Notes: generated by a model from the sequence alone, not told the origin. Positions 38,468 through 49,615 are shown, counted from the first letter of the stretch. The stretch is DNA of 64,000 bases from Massalongia carnosa (GCA_965645245.1 OZ287068.1:1922001-1986000), one strand, 5' to 3'. Translations and numbers: made by a program.

Positions 38468-41329
38468 ATGGCAACTTTGCCCTACAACCCTACGAGAATC
38501 CTATCGTCCACAGTCAATGTCAGCAATTTTGTCTATGTTTTCCAGCCACCAACGACTACATCGACGAAATCCCAACTCCTTGCCTTAATTATAAATGGCA
38601 CGCTTGAATCCGCAAATATACCTTTTACTACCATCTCGGACCCCCTGCCATTTCTCGACGACGGCGATGGCAAGGCGTTCACCCCGACTATTGATGCAGA
38701 GGGCTTTATAAGGGTATACGCGGGCAAGTGTCAAGACGGTGCGGGAGGCTCTACCTTATGGAAATTTACACCCAGGAATGGCACGAACCCCGTCGATGGA
38801 GCCTGGACTCAAATGAATCTGACAAATGGAGGTGACATTGGAGTCAATGGCATTCAAGGTGCAAACTTTCTAGCATCAGGCATTGCATTCTCAAGCATGA
38901 CTAGTTCGAACGTGAACATGTTTGTTTTTGGTGGGATGTGCCCTACCACACCATCAGCCTCTCTAGATAGTTGGACCCAATCGGCAAACTACTCGAACGC
39001 CATGGTGACTATCGAAGCAGTGTCATCACCTTCAACAAATATTTACCGCTTGGGAAACTCTACGGGTAGAGGACCACCCATAGCTGAGGCTGGCTTCACG
39101 ATCACGCCTTTGGAGCCGACTTTTTCGCAACCGTCTGAGGGCGACCCGGCTCGTAACCGCAATCAGAATTATGTTCTATTAGGCGGCCATACTCAGCAAG
39201 CTTTTATTAATATGTCTCAAGTAGCTCTCTTCTCTTTACCGGAGCAAACTTGGAGTTTCTTGCCTGTGGACTCGCCTTCAAACACTCCTAAGACCGACCT
39301 TGCCGCACGTACCCTGCCAGCGGTTGAGCCTAGATCAGGGCATACCGCTGTACTTACACCGGATGGCCGGCAAGTAGTTGTATTTGGTGGATGGGTTGGA
39401 GACGTGGCAACTTCTGCCAATCCACAGTTGGCTGTTCTGGAGCTTGGAGAAGGGTATGGTGGGATTGGTGATTGGCAGTGGAATATTCCAGACCAAGCGG
39501 GAATAGGCCTTGATACCGGAGTGGGATTATTTGGCCATGGCGCTGTGATGCTTCCTGGCAGTGTTATGATGATCATTGGGGGATACCTAATTCCACAAAC
39601 AGGCAAAGATAAGACGAAACGAAACGATCCGTTGGTGAATTCTACGCCTTACTTCTTTAACGTTACCTCGAGGTCCTGGATCCCTAGCTATACTCATCCA
39701 AGAGCGACTCTAAAACTTGAAAGTCCCTCTGGCTCCGCGAGTCACGGTATTACGGCAGTAAAGAAAGTTGGCTTGACAGCTGGGCTTACGTTGGGCATTT
39801 TGGCGTTGGTTTTGCTCTCGCTCTTTTACCTCTGGTACAACCGACGGCTAAGGCTCAGAAAAGAAGCTCGAGAGAAGGACTTGCGAAGTTTAGCTGTGGG
39901 AGCTCACCGAATTAACTCGACTCTGCTTCCACTGGGGTTCCCAGGAGGCGAAATGACTGCTGTAGAGTGGATGAGAGAGCGCAGCAGATCCTCCACAAAC
40001 GCATATCCCTGGGTCTCTGGAGCGCCAGGAAGTATGGGCGAACGAGCTGGCTGGAGAGAAGGTGATACCGAAGCCGAGCGAACAGGTCTGTTATTCGAGA
40101 TACCTAGCCCCACAAGGGGCCTCCGTAGGTCTCTTCACTCTCGAGGAACCTATCAGCCTGCGCCACGTCATGAGGATGGACGACGAGGCCATGGCTCCAG
40201 CAGTATTCATCCAATCGACGAACGGGATGAGTATGAAGAGGATGGAACCGACGATCCTTGTCTGGGGAAAACCAACGTTTCCAAGCGCCAAGTTATCAAT
40301 ATAATCCAGTCTGCTCCCATCCTTGACCCTTTCCGCGACCCAGGCGAGCTATCCAGGACCCCATCACCGGAGTCTCCTACTCATGCAAGAGAACTCGAAG
40401 TTCGAACTTGGGTCAGCGATTGGGCTGCAGCAGATGCGCTCATGCATCAACAGGCAGGCCGCATCTCCCCTGACAAGACAGATCGAACATCTTCTACCCT
40501 CAGTGAGAAGTCGACCCGATCCAACATATCTGCATATTCGTTCCAGCAAGCAGGCGGCTCTGTTGGTAGAAGCGTATCCCAGCGCTCGGCTGTTCACTTC
40601 AACTCTAATCCTGTGTCTGCCGTACCTAATCCTACCACCATAGTTACGCCACACCTGGACCAGCAGGGTGCTACCTGTTCGCCGCTGCGCCTCAGCCACG
40701 GCCACCGACGATCTCGGTCATTAACGCTGTTCTCCAACTCTCAGCGACAACACGCCACCGATACCTTTACGACGGCGACCACATCGTTTTCGCAGCTTCA
40801 GCGGGAAGGTGAGGCACTCCTCGACCCCCCTCATGGCCCGCCTGGGAACTCTCCTACGAGGACCCAACGCCTAGCAAGGGGGTGGATGGGTAGCGTTCGC
40901 CGCGCCTTCGCTGGGGCCGATCGTAGCCCATCAGTATCTCCCAAGCGCGGGGAGCATAGTGCATCGTCTTCCCCGACCCGATACCATCACACCGGTGATG
41001 GTGTTCCGCGCAGAGCTGTCAGCGCTGGCGCGATGCTATGGAAAAAACGACAAGGCGCCAGAGATTGGGATGTGGAGGACGCGACTGGGGGCGAGAAGCG
41101 TAGCGACTCGCTCACCCACGAGGGCGACGACGAGGAGTGGGACATTGAGTCTGCGGTCGAAAGGAGGGTGGTCCAGGTTATGTTCACGGTGCCACGGGAG
41201 AAGTTGAGGGTGGTCAACGGAGGCCCGGAGGGAGATGAAGAGAGTTTTGTGAGCACCGAGGTGAGGGAAACGGCCCAGGAGGATCACGGGACGGGCAAAG
41301 GGAAGGAGAAAGAGCAGGAGATGGGGTGA
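38468..41329 (+). CDS. Kelch/galactose-oxidase-type beta-propeller single-pass membrane protein
   Basis: Repeated GG motifs (FVFGGMC, VLLGGHT, PRSGHTAVL..VVFGGW, FGHGAVML..MIIGGY), a TM (VGLTAGLTLGILALVLLSLFYLWY) followed by RRLR, and a long Ser-rich tail. Confidence 0.85.
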   Translation: MATLPYNPTRILSSTVNVSNFVYVFQPPTTTSTKSQLLALIINGTLESANIPFTTISDPLPFLDDGDGKAFTPTIDAEGFIRVYAGKCQDGAGGSTLWKFTPRNGTNPVDGAWTQMNLTNGGDIGVNGIQGANFLASGIAFSSMTSSNVNMFVFGGMCPTTPSASLDSWTQSANYSNAMVTIEAVSSPSTNIYRLGNSTGRGPPIAEAGFTITPLEPTFSQPSEGDPARNRNQNYVLLGGHTQQAFINMSQVALFSLPEQTWSFLPVDSPSNTPKTDLAARTLPAVEPRSGHTAVLTPDGRQVVVFGGWVGDVATSANPQLAVLELGEGYGGIGDWQWNIPDQAGIGLDTGVGLFGHGAVMLPGSVMMIIGGYLIPQTGKDKTKRNDPLVNSTPYFFNVTSRSWIPSYTHPRATLKLESPSGSASHGITAVKKVGLTAGLTLGILALVLLSLFYLWYNRRLRLRKEAREKDLRSLAVGAHRINSTLLPLGFPGGEMTAVEWMRERSRSSTNAYPWVSGAPGSMGERAGWREGDTEAERTGLLFEIPSPTRGLRRSLHSRGTYQPAPRHEDGRRGHGSSSIHPIDERDEYEEDGTDDPCLGKTNVSKRQVINIIQSAPILDPFRDPGELSRTPSPESPTHARELEVRTWVSDWAAADALMHQQAGRISPDKTDRTSSTLSEKSTRSNISAYSFQQAGGSVGRSVSQRSAVHFNSNPVSAVPNPTTIVTPHLDQQGATCSPLRLSHGHRRSRSLTLFSNSQRQHATDTFTTATTSFSQLQREGEALLDPPHGPPGNSPTRTQRLARGWMGSVRRAFAGADRSPSVSPKRGEHSASSSPTRYHHTGDGVPRRAVSAGAMLWKKRQGARDWDVEDATGGEKRSDSLTHEGDDEEWDIESAVERRVVQVMFTVPREKLRVVNGGPEGDEESFVSTEVRETAQEDHGTGKGKEKEQEMG

Positions 41330-43581
41330 GTGGAATTTTTGCGCGACGTATCGCCCGACAACACTTTTTTCTATGACACTTTTAGGAAAGGTTTTGGGAG
41401 GGTCGGGTTTGGCTTGGATAGCGGCTGGAAGTTTTGGGAGACAGATCGTTATGATTTAGGCGGGTTCGAGGAGCTATGGGTTTCTAGTTCCAGGTGATTT
41501 TGGGCACCAATGTGACGTCTATTTAATTGGCCACCGACCAGATGAGACACGTACCTGTGAGGTCGAGGTACATTTTGCCTCATCGTTCCTGGCACAATTT
41601 CGGTGCAGATACCTCGACATGTATCGGTAGTGCCTATCCAAGCTAGCATCACAGCCGATTCCTTTTCCCATCGAGTCAGCCTCGCCAACACGTGAGCGAC
41701 AACCGGCGTGGGCTGTGCAAGGTTGAGACAACCTTCCAGAAATAGGCTAGAATGCTGACAAGATAGATCCCACCGATGGAACCTGAAACACACATCCCTT
41801 TTCGAGTACCCTGCGTTAGGAACTCGATAGGTACTCGTACCTCCTTTATCGTCGGGCTTGGCAGGATTGAGGCTGAGCCGGCTGTCCGTCCATGCGGGAA
41901 AAGGCGTGGCTTTTTCCTTTCCAGGGAGGAAGTGGTGATGTGATTGATGATGATGATGATGAAGGATGTTTCTTTATCATTGGAAAGTGAGGTAGGTAAC
42001 TGGTTGAAACGAATGGACGGGTTTTCAACTTGACGGCGTGTGGGGAGTAAAAAGGCCTTCGGGCAGGGGATTGATTATGACTACTGTTTATCCTATTTTA
42101 CTTTCATTTTCGGCTCAGTTTACACACATCGATCGTTTGAGGCCGACAGGTTTGAAGGGGTTTGAAAGTGTTGATTCTGGTTGGGTATGGGGGAGAGGGA
42201 AAGAGGATTTCGGAAAGGGGTGATGGCTAACGCTGGTGATGAGATGTGAGAAGAGATTGGGAGTCGAAGTGATTATGCCAAGGAACTAACTAGTCTGGAT
42301 TGGGAGTGGTTGAGGACTTGTACTTAAACGCCTGTCTGGCAGACTTACAGAGGGGCAAGGTGCAGAATAAGATACTCTGTAGGGCGCAGTTTCGTTAGGG
42401 CAACGAGGGTTGGGATGTTGGTGGTTTAGGGCACGGCAAAGGGTTAGTTATGTACTCCGTAGTCCGTATGAGGTGTTTCGTTCTCCGAATAAGGAATTGG
42501 GGGTATGAGAATTAGGGCTAAGGAGGGTGACCATATGCAAACAGGTATCTCCCGAGTACTCTGGACTCTGTCCCTAACCTTGCCTCGTTAGATCTGGATG
42601 AGAAGCTTCAAAGGATGCCATGCAGCCTGCGCTAACTTTGGCCCTCAACCAAGCATGCAGCTATTCTTCACCATCAGCTATCACCTTCATCTTTAGGCCA
42701 TTCATAGAAACCCCCCCTCCCCCACAACTCTTACCCGTTATTTATCATACGTGACATATCTTACCCTCGTTGCCGATTGAATCTTCCAAAGCTTCCTTCC
42801 ACTTCACCATCCCTCCCATAGCCAATCACCTACCTCGTCCATCGGGCATTCCAACCCCCAAAGGATATTGCTCTTGGAGGTATGGCAAAGTTCTAGGCAT
42901 CCGTCCGACCGCCTGCGCAGCCCTAAGGCTTAGAGCTTTGTACCAACCCGAAAAAGCATTTGGACTGACTGGTCGTAGCGCAAGCACGAGCGTCAGAAGC
43001 GCCAGTGACCCCGGCACCTCTTGCAAGTCCCTTCGCCTGCAACACCAGCGGGAAGGTACAACCCAGACGTTCCTGGTTCTGTCATCGACGGCATCCAAGA
43101 GAAGTGATCGATGAACCAGATCTATTCCATCACCTACAAATAAGCCTGCGCATGAAGGAAATCGTCCGGCGCATTATCGAACGAGCGATAGCCGTTAAAA
43201 GAGCAAATAAGATCCGAAGCCTTTTGCGATAAGTTGATGATAAGCGCCCTCAGCACAACAGGTTCAGCTCAGCCTGCTTCATACACGATTTATCCTATTG
43301 CGCACATCGCGAATAAAAACCGTAATCTATCGACTTCAGGACCCGTGCTCTAGGCCAGACGTCCAGGGCGCATTCAACAGATCCTTGTTTTCTGATCGCT
43401 CGGTGGCACCGTTGCGTGCATCTACACTGCCCTGCCACGGCTCGATACTCTTTTCGCGTTATCCAAACCCAACAAGGAGGTTCCGTCTACCCTAGATTCC
43501 AGTTCCAGTGTTTCCTTGTCAGCCTACAAATCGGGATATTTGGCTATCCCCCAAAGGCGTGAACAAGACTGGATATAATTT

Positions 43582-44528
43582 ATGGACATGGAGGGCTCCC
43601 ATCGTGGGAGATCATCGTCGGCCAGTCATCAGCTAACCAATCACTTGAGCCATTCCCCTTCGCCACATCCTTTCCAAGATCGTACATCCCACCTCGATAT
43701 TGACTCCTCCATCAGCGCTGCAGCATATGCGTCAGGGGCATTCAACGCCGGTAGTGCGTCGGACGCGGCGCAAACCGACCTGCAATATAGCTACATCGCC
43801 GAGCCGTTACAACTACACCATTACGACCCTGACGCTTTACAGGGGAATCAGCTCAATGGACAGGATCTCGAACAGTCGTTCCGCCCAAACGGGATAGCAA
43901 CGGATCTCCAGCATAGACCGGTAAGCCTCGACACCCGCCATTCGAGTCACCGATTCACCCCCGATTTGCTTTCTCAGGACGTGTCGAACGGCTTTGGGGA
44001 TTTCCCGCAACTTGGGGATCTGGGCGGGAAACAGAGCCAAGCGTTTGATAACGGGTTCTTGATAGACCAGGATCTCCAAGGGGGCATGCAGCCACAACTT
44101 CAGTCGATCAATCCGGCCGATATAATGAGCACCATGTCATCTCCGCAAAAGTTAATTCCCACCCCTCCGAGTTTAATGCCCCCAGACTCCACTTCCCCGC
44201 GGGGGGGCTCCCCATCGCCTCATCAAAATCCGCTCTACTCCCCCAATCATTCTCGACATGCCTCCTTAGATCCTTCAAGCGCCATCTTCCCCCACGGTCA
44301 GCAGCCGGCAGATTGGTCGGGCATGCTGCAGCAAACGCAGTTCCAAGGGCATCGGAGAGCCCCCTCGGAACAATCAGACGTTTCTTCTTCCGTTGCCCCT
44401 TCGCCATACCTTCAACAAGATGGCTTTGAAACTTTCGATCACAATCCTTCCCCCATGTTGCACGCCCAGCAAGATAGCCAGCTTTATCAAGATGCCCTGG
44501 GTATGGAGCAGTTCAGTTTGTCGGATTC

Positions 44529-44560
<32 letters not shown>

Positions 44561-45982
44561 CGCAGCAGTCGAGATTGAGCCCTAGGCATAGCCCCTACGT
44601 CTCACCTCGAATGTCTCCACAGCTAGGATTAGGGCTACCTCAAGAGAATAATTTCATGCTCTCTCACGACCTGCATAGCAATTTCGACGGTGCGGCTGGA
44701 ACAGAAATTTACGCTGGACAGGCGGATACGTTTTCCCCATTCGGAGCCAGACATGGGTCCGGTGATCTTGGTCAAGCTGCTCATATGGCGCCCCCGGCAA
44801 TCAACGTGGAATTTGCCCCAACAACAAGACAGTCGAGTTTCGAGCCCTCGAGGTCCGACAACGACTATGATGCGTTAAGTCCCCCCGAAAGAGGTTAGAA
44901 GCCCCCAGCCCCCCAAGTTTTCCTAGTCATTGACACAGCTCTCAGGTCGAAGAGGACGCATACGCGCCAAATCAGACCCCTATATTTCCCGCCCTGTCAC
45001 CCCCTCTCTCACTCCCCCGCACCAGCCCTCCTTCGACACCGCCCTGCGCAACCGATCCCTTTCGCCGTTCGACACTTCTCTTTCCCCATCTCAATCTCGT
45101 GACCCCTCTCCCGCCTCAAAAGCCTCCCGCCGCTCCTCCACCTCCTCGATCCCCAATCGTGATTACATCCTTGAACTCGCCGACCCCTCGCGCCCCGCGG
45201 CTTCCGGCACCGACAAGCGCGTCCAGAAGCACCCAGCAACGTTTCAATGCCACCTCTGCCCCAAACGCTTCACGCGCGCCTACAACCTTCGCTCGCACCT
45301 GCGCACCCACACCGACGAGCGGCCCTTTGTCTGCACCGTCTGCGGGAAAGCCTTTGCCCGCCAGCACGACCGCAAGCGTCACGAAGGCCTCCACAGCGGC
45401 GAGAAGAAGTTCGTCTGCAAGGGCGAGCTGGCCATGGGCGGGAACTGGGGTTGCGGTCGGAGGTTCGCGCGTGCGGATGCGTTAGGGAGGCATTTTCGCA
45501 GCGAGGCCGGGCGTGTCTGTATCAAGCCCCTGCTAGACGAGGAGGCGATGGAGCGGCAGCGCGTGTTGGAGGAACAAATGATGGGCGGGCAACAGCCGCA
45601 GCAGCAGGGCTTGCATATTGGAGGGAATGTGGCGCCGTCCGGCGTGCACGGCGCTTCCTCCAGCATGGATCTCAACGGCGGAGGGGGTGGGTTTACGTTG
45701 CCGGCCGCGCTGCTAGCGCAGTATCCCGCGCTGCAAGGAATACAGTGGGACCAGCTCGGGCAGCCCGGGCAAGGGGACGAGGGCGAACCGAGCGGGCGGG
45801 GGGGTTTTGACACTCAGGGCGGGGGAGGGGACTACTTCGATGACGACGATGGAGGAGGGGGAGTTTATGGGGGCGGAGGCGGGGGCGGGAATAGGATCGT
45901 TGGGGGTGGCGAGTTCGCGGGGGGGGGCGGGTGGGGGGACCACCAGGCGGGGGAGTGGGCTAGCGATTATGAAGGCCGATAA
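43582..45982 (+). CDS. CRZ1: Calcineurin-responsive C2H2 zinc-finger transcription factor; exons 43582-44893, 44946-45982
   Basis: [69 protein letters not shown], a PxIxIT-like PAINVEF and a Ser-rich region. Intron at 44894-44945. Confidence 0.95.
44530..44559 (+). repeat. (CAG)10 encoding polyQ in CRZ1
   Basis: Ten perfect CAG codons. Confidence 0.95.
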
Positions 45983-46326
45983 GTTCTTACGTTCTGGGTT
46001 AGGGCAAACGGGGCGTTTGTTTTGATGAGCTGTGCGGAATCTCGATTGCGGGCCTATTTTTTTTTTCCGAAACTTTTTTTTTTTTTGGACGGACGGATAA
46101 ACCTCGTTCATAACTTCTTTGATGCCTAGACCGCCGGGCGGGGCGGGACGGGACGTGGCTAGCTAACTGGCGAGATACGCTGGCTGATTGATTAGCTAGG
46201 GATCTATCGTGTCATCTCTCTCAATCATACATACATATACATATACATACCTACCTACAATAGATTGTATATTCCTATTTCGTCTTCTTTAACTCTCGAC
46301 TTCTTCGACTGCGGATGGATCAAAAC

Positions 46327-46453
46327 ACATACATACATACATACATACATACATACATACATACATACATACATACATACATACATACATACATACATAC
46401 ATACATACATACATACATACATACATACATACATACATACATACATACATACA

Positions 46454-46482
<29 letters not shown>
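46327..46482. repeat. (ACAT)n microsatellite, about 39 perfect units, followed by a GA-rich tract (about 46493-46548)
   Basis: Directly visible. It produces the spurious MYVC and HTYI ORFs. Confidence 0.97.
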
Positions 46483-46485
<3 letters not shown>

Positions 46486-46966
46486 ACGAGAAGGAGAGAA
46501 GAGAGAGAGAGGGGTGAGAGAGAGAGAGAGAGGGAGAGAGAGAGAGAGAAAACCATGGCTACTCTTTATCCTGTCCTGTCCTGTCTTGTCCTGTCCATCT
46601 ATTCATTCAAATTATTAACAAGGAGGAAGAGGGGGTGGGGATCACGCACGCATGTACATACATACGCCATGGGCTCTCTTCCCTCGTTCGTTCGTTCGTT
46701 CTTTGTTTCCCGGGTAGTATCAGTTAATCTATCAGTGGATGGATGGATGAATGGATGGGTACCTATGTGTGCCACTTTACTGTTAATCTACCTATATGTC
46801 CAGTCCTGCGGGACCCGGAAGTGGGATTCACCAACCCCCTCCCCCGAAAGGCCTCCCCCCGTCCATAAGTGAAATCAGCCTAGTACCGAAACACATATCC
46901 AAACTTAAAATTCCTCCATGAACCCCTCCACCCCAAAACCCAGGACCTCAACTGAAGCCGGCCCCC

Positions 46967-49615
46967 TTAACCGTCCCTCTCCATCTCCCCTAGAACTAGA
47001 TCCCTCGCCTCGGACCCAGCCCCCTGCCGTAGGACATAATCGACGATGAACCTTCTCGAGCGTTCCTCCCGTAATAAGCCCACCCTTCGCGCATATTCCT
47101 CCACCAAGCTCCGCCCCTCGGCCGCGACGTCGGGGGAGCTCCAAGCCGCGTCGTCGGCGCCGTGAGTGACGATGAAGGTACGGAGGCCGATCATACCTTG
47201 GCCGGCTAGCCAGCGCTGATTACGCTCGTCGTTGTAAGGGTCGAGGGTTGGTTCAGAGGCGGGGGGGATAATATCCTCAGCGGATGATGGTGGTGGGTGG
47301 ACGGTGGGGAAGGAGACTGAGACCGGGAGGCGCGCCGTGGTAGTAGGATTCTCGGTGTCTGTGGCAGTGTGGGTAACCCGGTCGTGATCCGATGCGCCTG
47401 CAACCTCCTCCCCCGAACCTAACAGCAGATCCTCAGGCATAGGGTCCCGGCCCAAAGTCCGGCGAAGGAGTTCCATCAATCGCGCTCCGCGTGCGGCGAG
47501 CTGCTCTTGAGTGACACCTGTGCCGTTTGCTACCACGTGGATGAGGTCCTGGTTAGGATTTTCGATAGGTGGTGCGGGGTCATCTCGCGGCGCAAGCCAG
47601 GGGATCAGACGCGCGAACCACGATTGCAGGCCACGGAGCTCTTGAGCCTCTTCATGCGCTTCTTCTAGAGGCCTGCCCGGATCTTCATCGCGAATTCGCT
47701 GCGCTTCTTCTAGAGGCCTGCCCGGATCTTCGTCGCGAATTCGCTGGTCGAGGATGCCGGGGAGGTCGTCATCGGAATCCTCCGAAGCGTGTTGATACTG
47801 GGGCTGATCCCCAAGGCTAGCGGTGGCGATGTAGGATGAGATGCTATCGAGAGGAGGAAGGGGATCCGACGAGTTGGTGAACATGGATGTAAAATTTCGC
47901 GGAATCAGGCTGATTAGAGATGGCGTGCCGGAGAGGAGAATGTGTCGAGCTTCTTGCAGCGTGATGGGGTTGTAATCTCGCGGGGAAAGTTTATTGGTTG
48001 CGCTTTCAGCGGCCGTTTTCAGGAGATGAATGGTTTTGGGAGTATTCCATAGGTCCTTGGTGCCATGAACGTACGCTTCGCAGTCAAACTTTTCTCGCTC
48101 CGTACGCGGTTCTTTTCCCCAGATCGTCTTGGGAATATGCTCAATGTCTAGCTCCCGGAACAGGCGTGCAAATATCCAGGGAAACGCTGAAGCCGCGGTC
48201 GTTAGAGTATCCAATGCTTTCGAATGATTGCCGCTCTTGTATTCTGCAAGCGACGATGAAATCTGAATGTTTGGGCATGATCGCCATTGCTCGGAAAAGT
48301 ATGAGCTATTGCTCAGCTTCAGGAAATGGGCGGATTGTCCAGCTCTCAGGGCCAGTTGATCAATCACCAAAACCACGCGGAATGGATCGTGTTGAGGATC
48401 TAGGCTCAAAATAAGCTTGGCCCACTCATACGCCGTGCGCCATGTGCCTTTTTGACCCAGGTTGATGATATAACGCCATGCACCAAGCCAAAACTCGCGA
48501 TTCTCCGGATGACGAAAATCCAGTCGCGCTTTCCCTTCCGACAAAGCTGTGGTGAAAGAGGAGTGTACGGAGCGGCCAAAGGAAAAGAGAGCCCGTTCGA
48601 GCAAATCTCCCGATAATGAGTTATCGCCTTGATGCTTCCCAACCTCGGAGACTTGCAGAAGCGTGGATATATGATAGGCTATGGTATAGGTCAGTCGTGG
48701 ACCTTTGCTTGGGGAGAAGATCTTACGGTTAAATTGAAGCAGCCGAACTAAACGTTGTGGTTCCATCGACGCAACGCAAGATTCGAATTGGCTCTGCACA
48801 TCTTGATAGTATTTATTGTGAACGAATCGATACAAGGTCGAACCATTTCTCTGCTTCTCCACCACCTCCATTCCAAGTCCTCCGCTGGTAGCTTTTGGCC
48901 ATTCCTCTCTGCCTGCCATGAACACGTTCCTCCGGAGCGCCAAGCCTGTCAACCCTTGTCCCCGAGATACTGGACTGTGTCGGCTAGCCAAAGCTTCACC
49001 TAGGTCAAGCTGCTGTAGACCTCTACTCCGCCGTCTTCCCGGGATAGGAGTTCCCAACCCTTCCCCATCCCCTTCCAGAACGACATTTCCGAATAGTCTC
49101 TTCATTTCATTTAATGCGTTCAGTAGTTTCGACTCGACCCCGAGAAGATGACACATCTCGGGGTATCCATAGATTGAATCCGCCTCCACGAGGCGTGACC
49201 CATCCCATGATTTAGCAGACAGGTGTTGCAACGCAAGGTCGATCTCATCCAACTGACTCGTTCTTGACGCGAATTTATCTCTTTCGGAAACGTCCTTCAA
49301 CTTGTCGGTTTTGCCTGCCTTGCTCTTTTTCTTCTTCCTCTTTCGAGCCTTGTCCTGTTTCGCTCCAGCGGATGGAGAAAGCGCATCATCCTGTTTCATC
49401 GCAACTGTGTCATTTGCATCTTCCAGCCCACTGGTGTGTGCGCCTTCAACTTCATGATCGTCAGAATCAGCGGTATCTATTAATATACTGAAAGCGTTGG
49501 GAGCGTAAGGCTTGGAAGCCTCGTCCGCTTCTGACTCATCGTCCGCCTGAGCGTTATTGAGGTGCTGGAGCTCTTCTTGTTGCTTCTGCAGCTTTCGCAA
49601 AGCACGGGAAGACAT
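46967..49615 (-). CDS. RQC1: Ribosome quality control factor Rqc1/TCF25 (Nulp1); exons 49615-48727, 48678-46967
   Basis: MSSRALRKLQ, NPYHISTLLQVS (after removing a 48-nt intron), LLERALFSFGRS, ENREFWL, GTWRTAYEWAKLILSLDP and IDQLALR. Confidence 0.9.
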   Translation of the reverse strand: MSSRALRKLQKQQEELQHLNNAQADDESEADEASKPYAPNAFSILIDTADSDDHEVEGAHTSGLEDANDTVAMKQDDALSPSAGAKQDKARKRKKKKSKAGKTDKLKDVSERDKFASRTSQLDEIDLALQHLSAKSWDGSRLVEADSIYGYPEMCHLLGVESKLLNALNEMKRLFGNVVLEGDGEGLGTPIPGRRRSRGLQQLDLGEALASRHSPVSRGQGLTGLALRRNVFMAGREEWPKATSGGLGMEVVEKQRNGSTLYRFVHNKYYQDVQSQFESCVASMEPQRLVRLLQFNRKIFSPSKGPRLTYTIAYHISTLLQVSEVGKHQGDNSLSGDLLERALFSFGRSVHSSFTTALSEGKARLDFRHPENREFWLGAWRYIINLGQKGTWRTAYEWAKLILSLDPQHDPFRVVLVIDQLALRAGQSAHFLKLSNSSYFSEQWRSCPNIQISSSLAEYKSGNHSKALDTLTTAASAFPWIFARLFRELDIEHIPKTIWGKEPRTEREKFDCEAYVHGTKDLWNTPKTIHLLKTAAESATNKLSPRDYNPITLQEARHILLSGTPSLISLIPRNFTSMFTNSSDPLPPLDSISSYIATASLGDQPQYQHASEDSDDDLPGILDQRIRDEDPGRPLEEAQRIRDEDPGRPLEEAHEEAQELRGLQSWFARLIPWLAPRDDPAPPIENPNQDLIHVVANGTGVTQEQLAARGARLMELLRRTLGRDPMPEDLLLGSGEEVAGASDHDRVTHTATDTENPTTTARLPVSVSFPTVHPPPSSAEDIIPPASEPTLDPYNDERNQRWLAGQGMIGLRTFIVTHGADDAAWSSPDVAAEGRSLVEEYARRVGLLREERSRRFIVDYVLRQGAGSEARDLVLGEMERDG
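47655..47744. repeat. 45-bp tandem duplication in the RQC1 coding sequence
   Basis: 47655-47699 and 47700-47744 differ at one synonymous site and encode (QRIRDEDPGRPLEEA)x2. Confidence 0.95.

Noticed and set aside
46255..46872. ORFs of MYVC and HTYI repeats
   Set aside because: These are translations of the (ACAT)n microsatellite.
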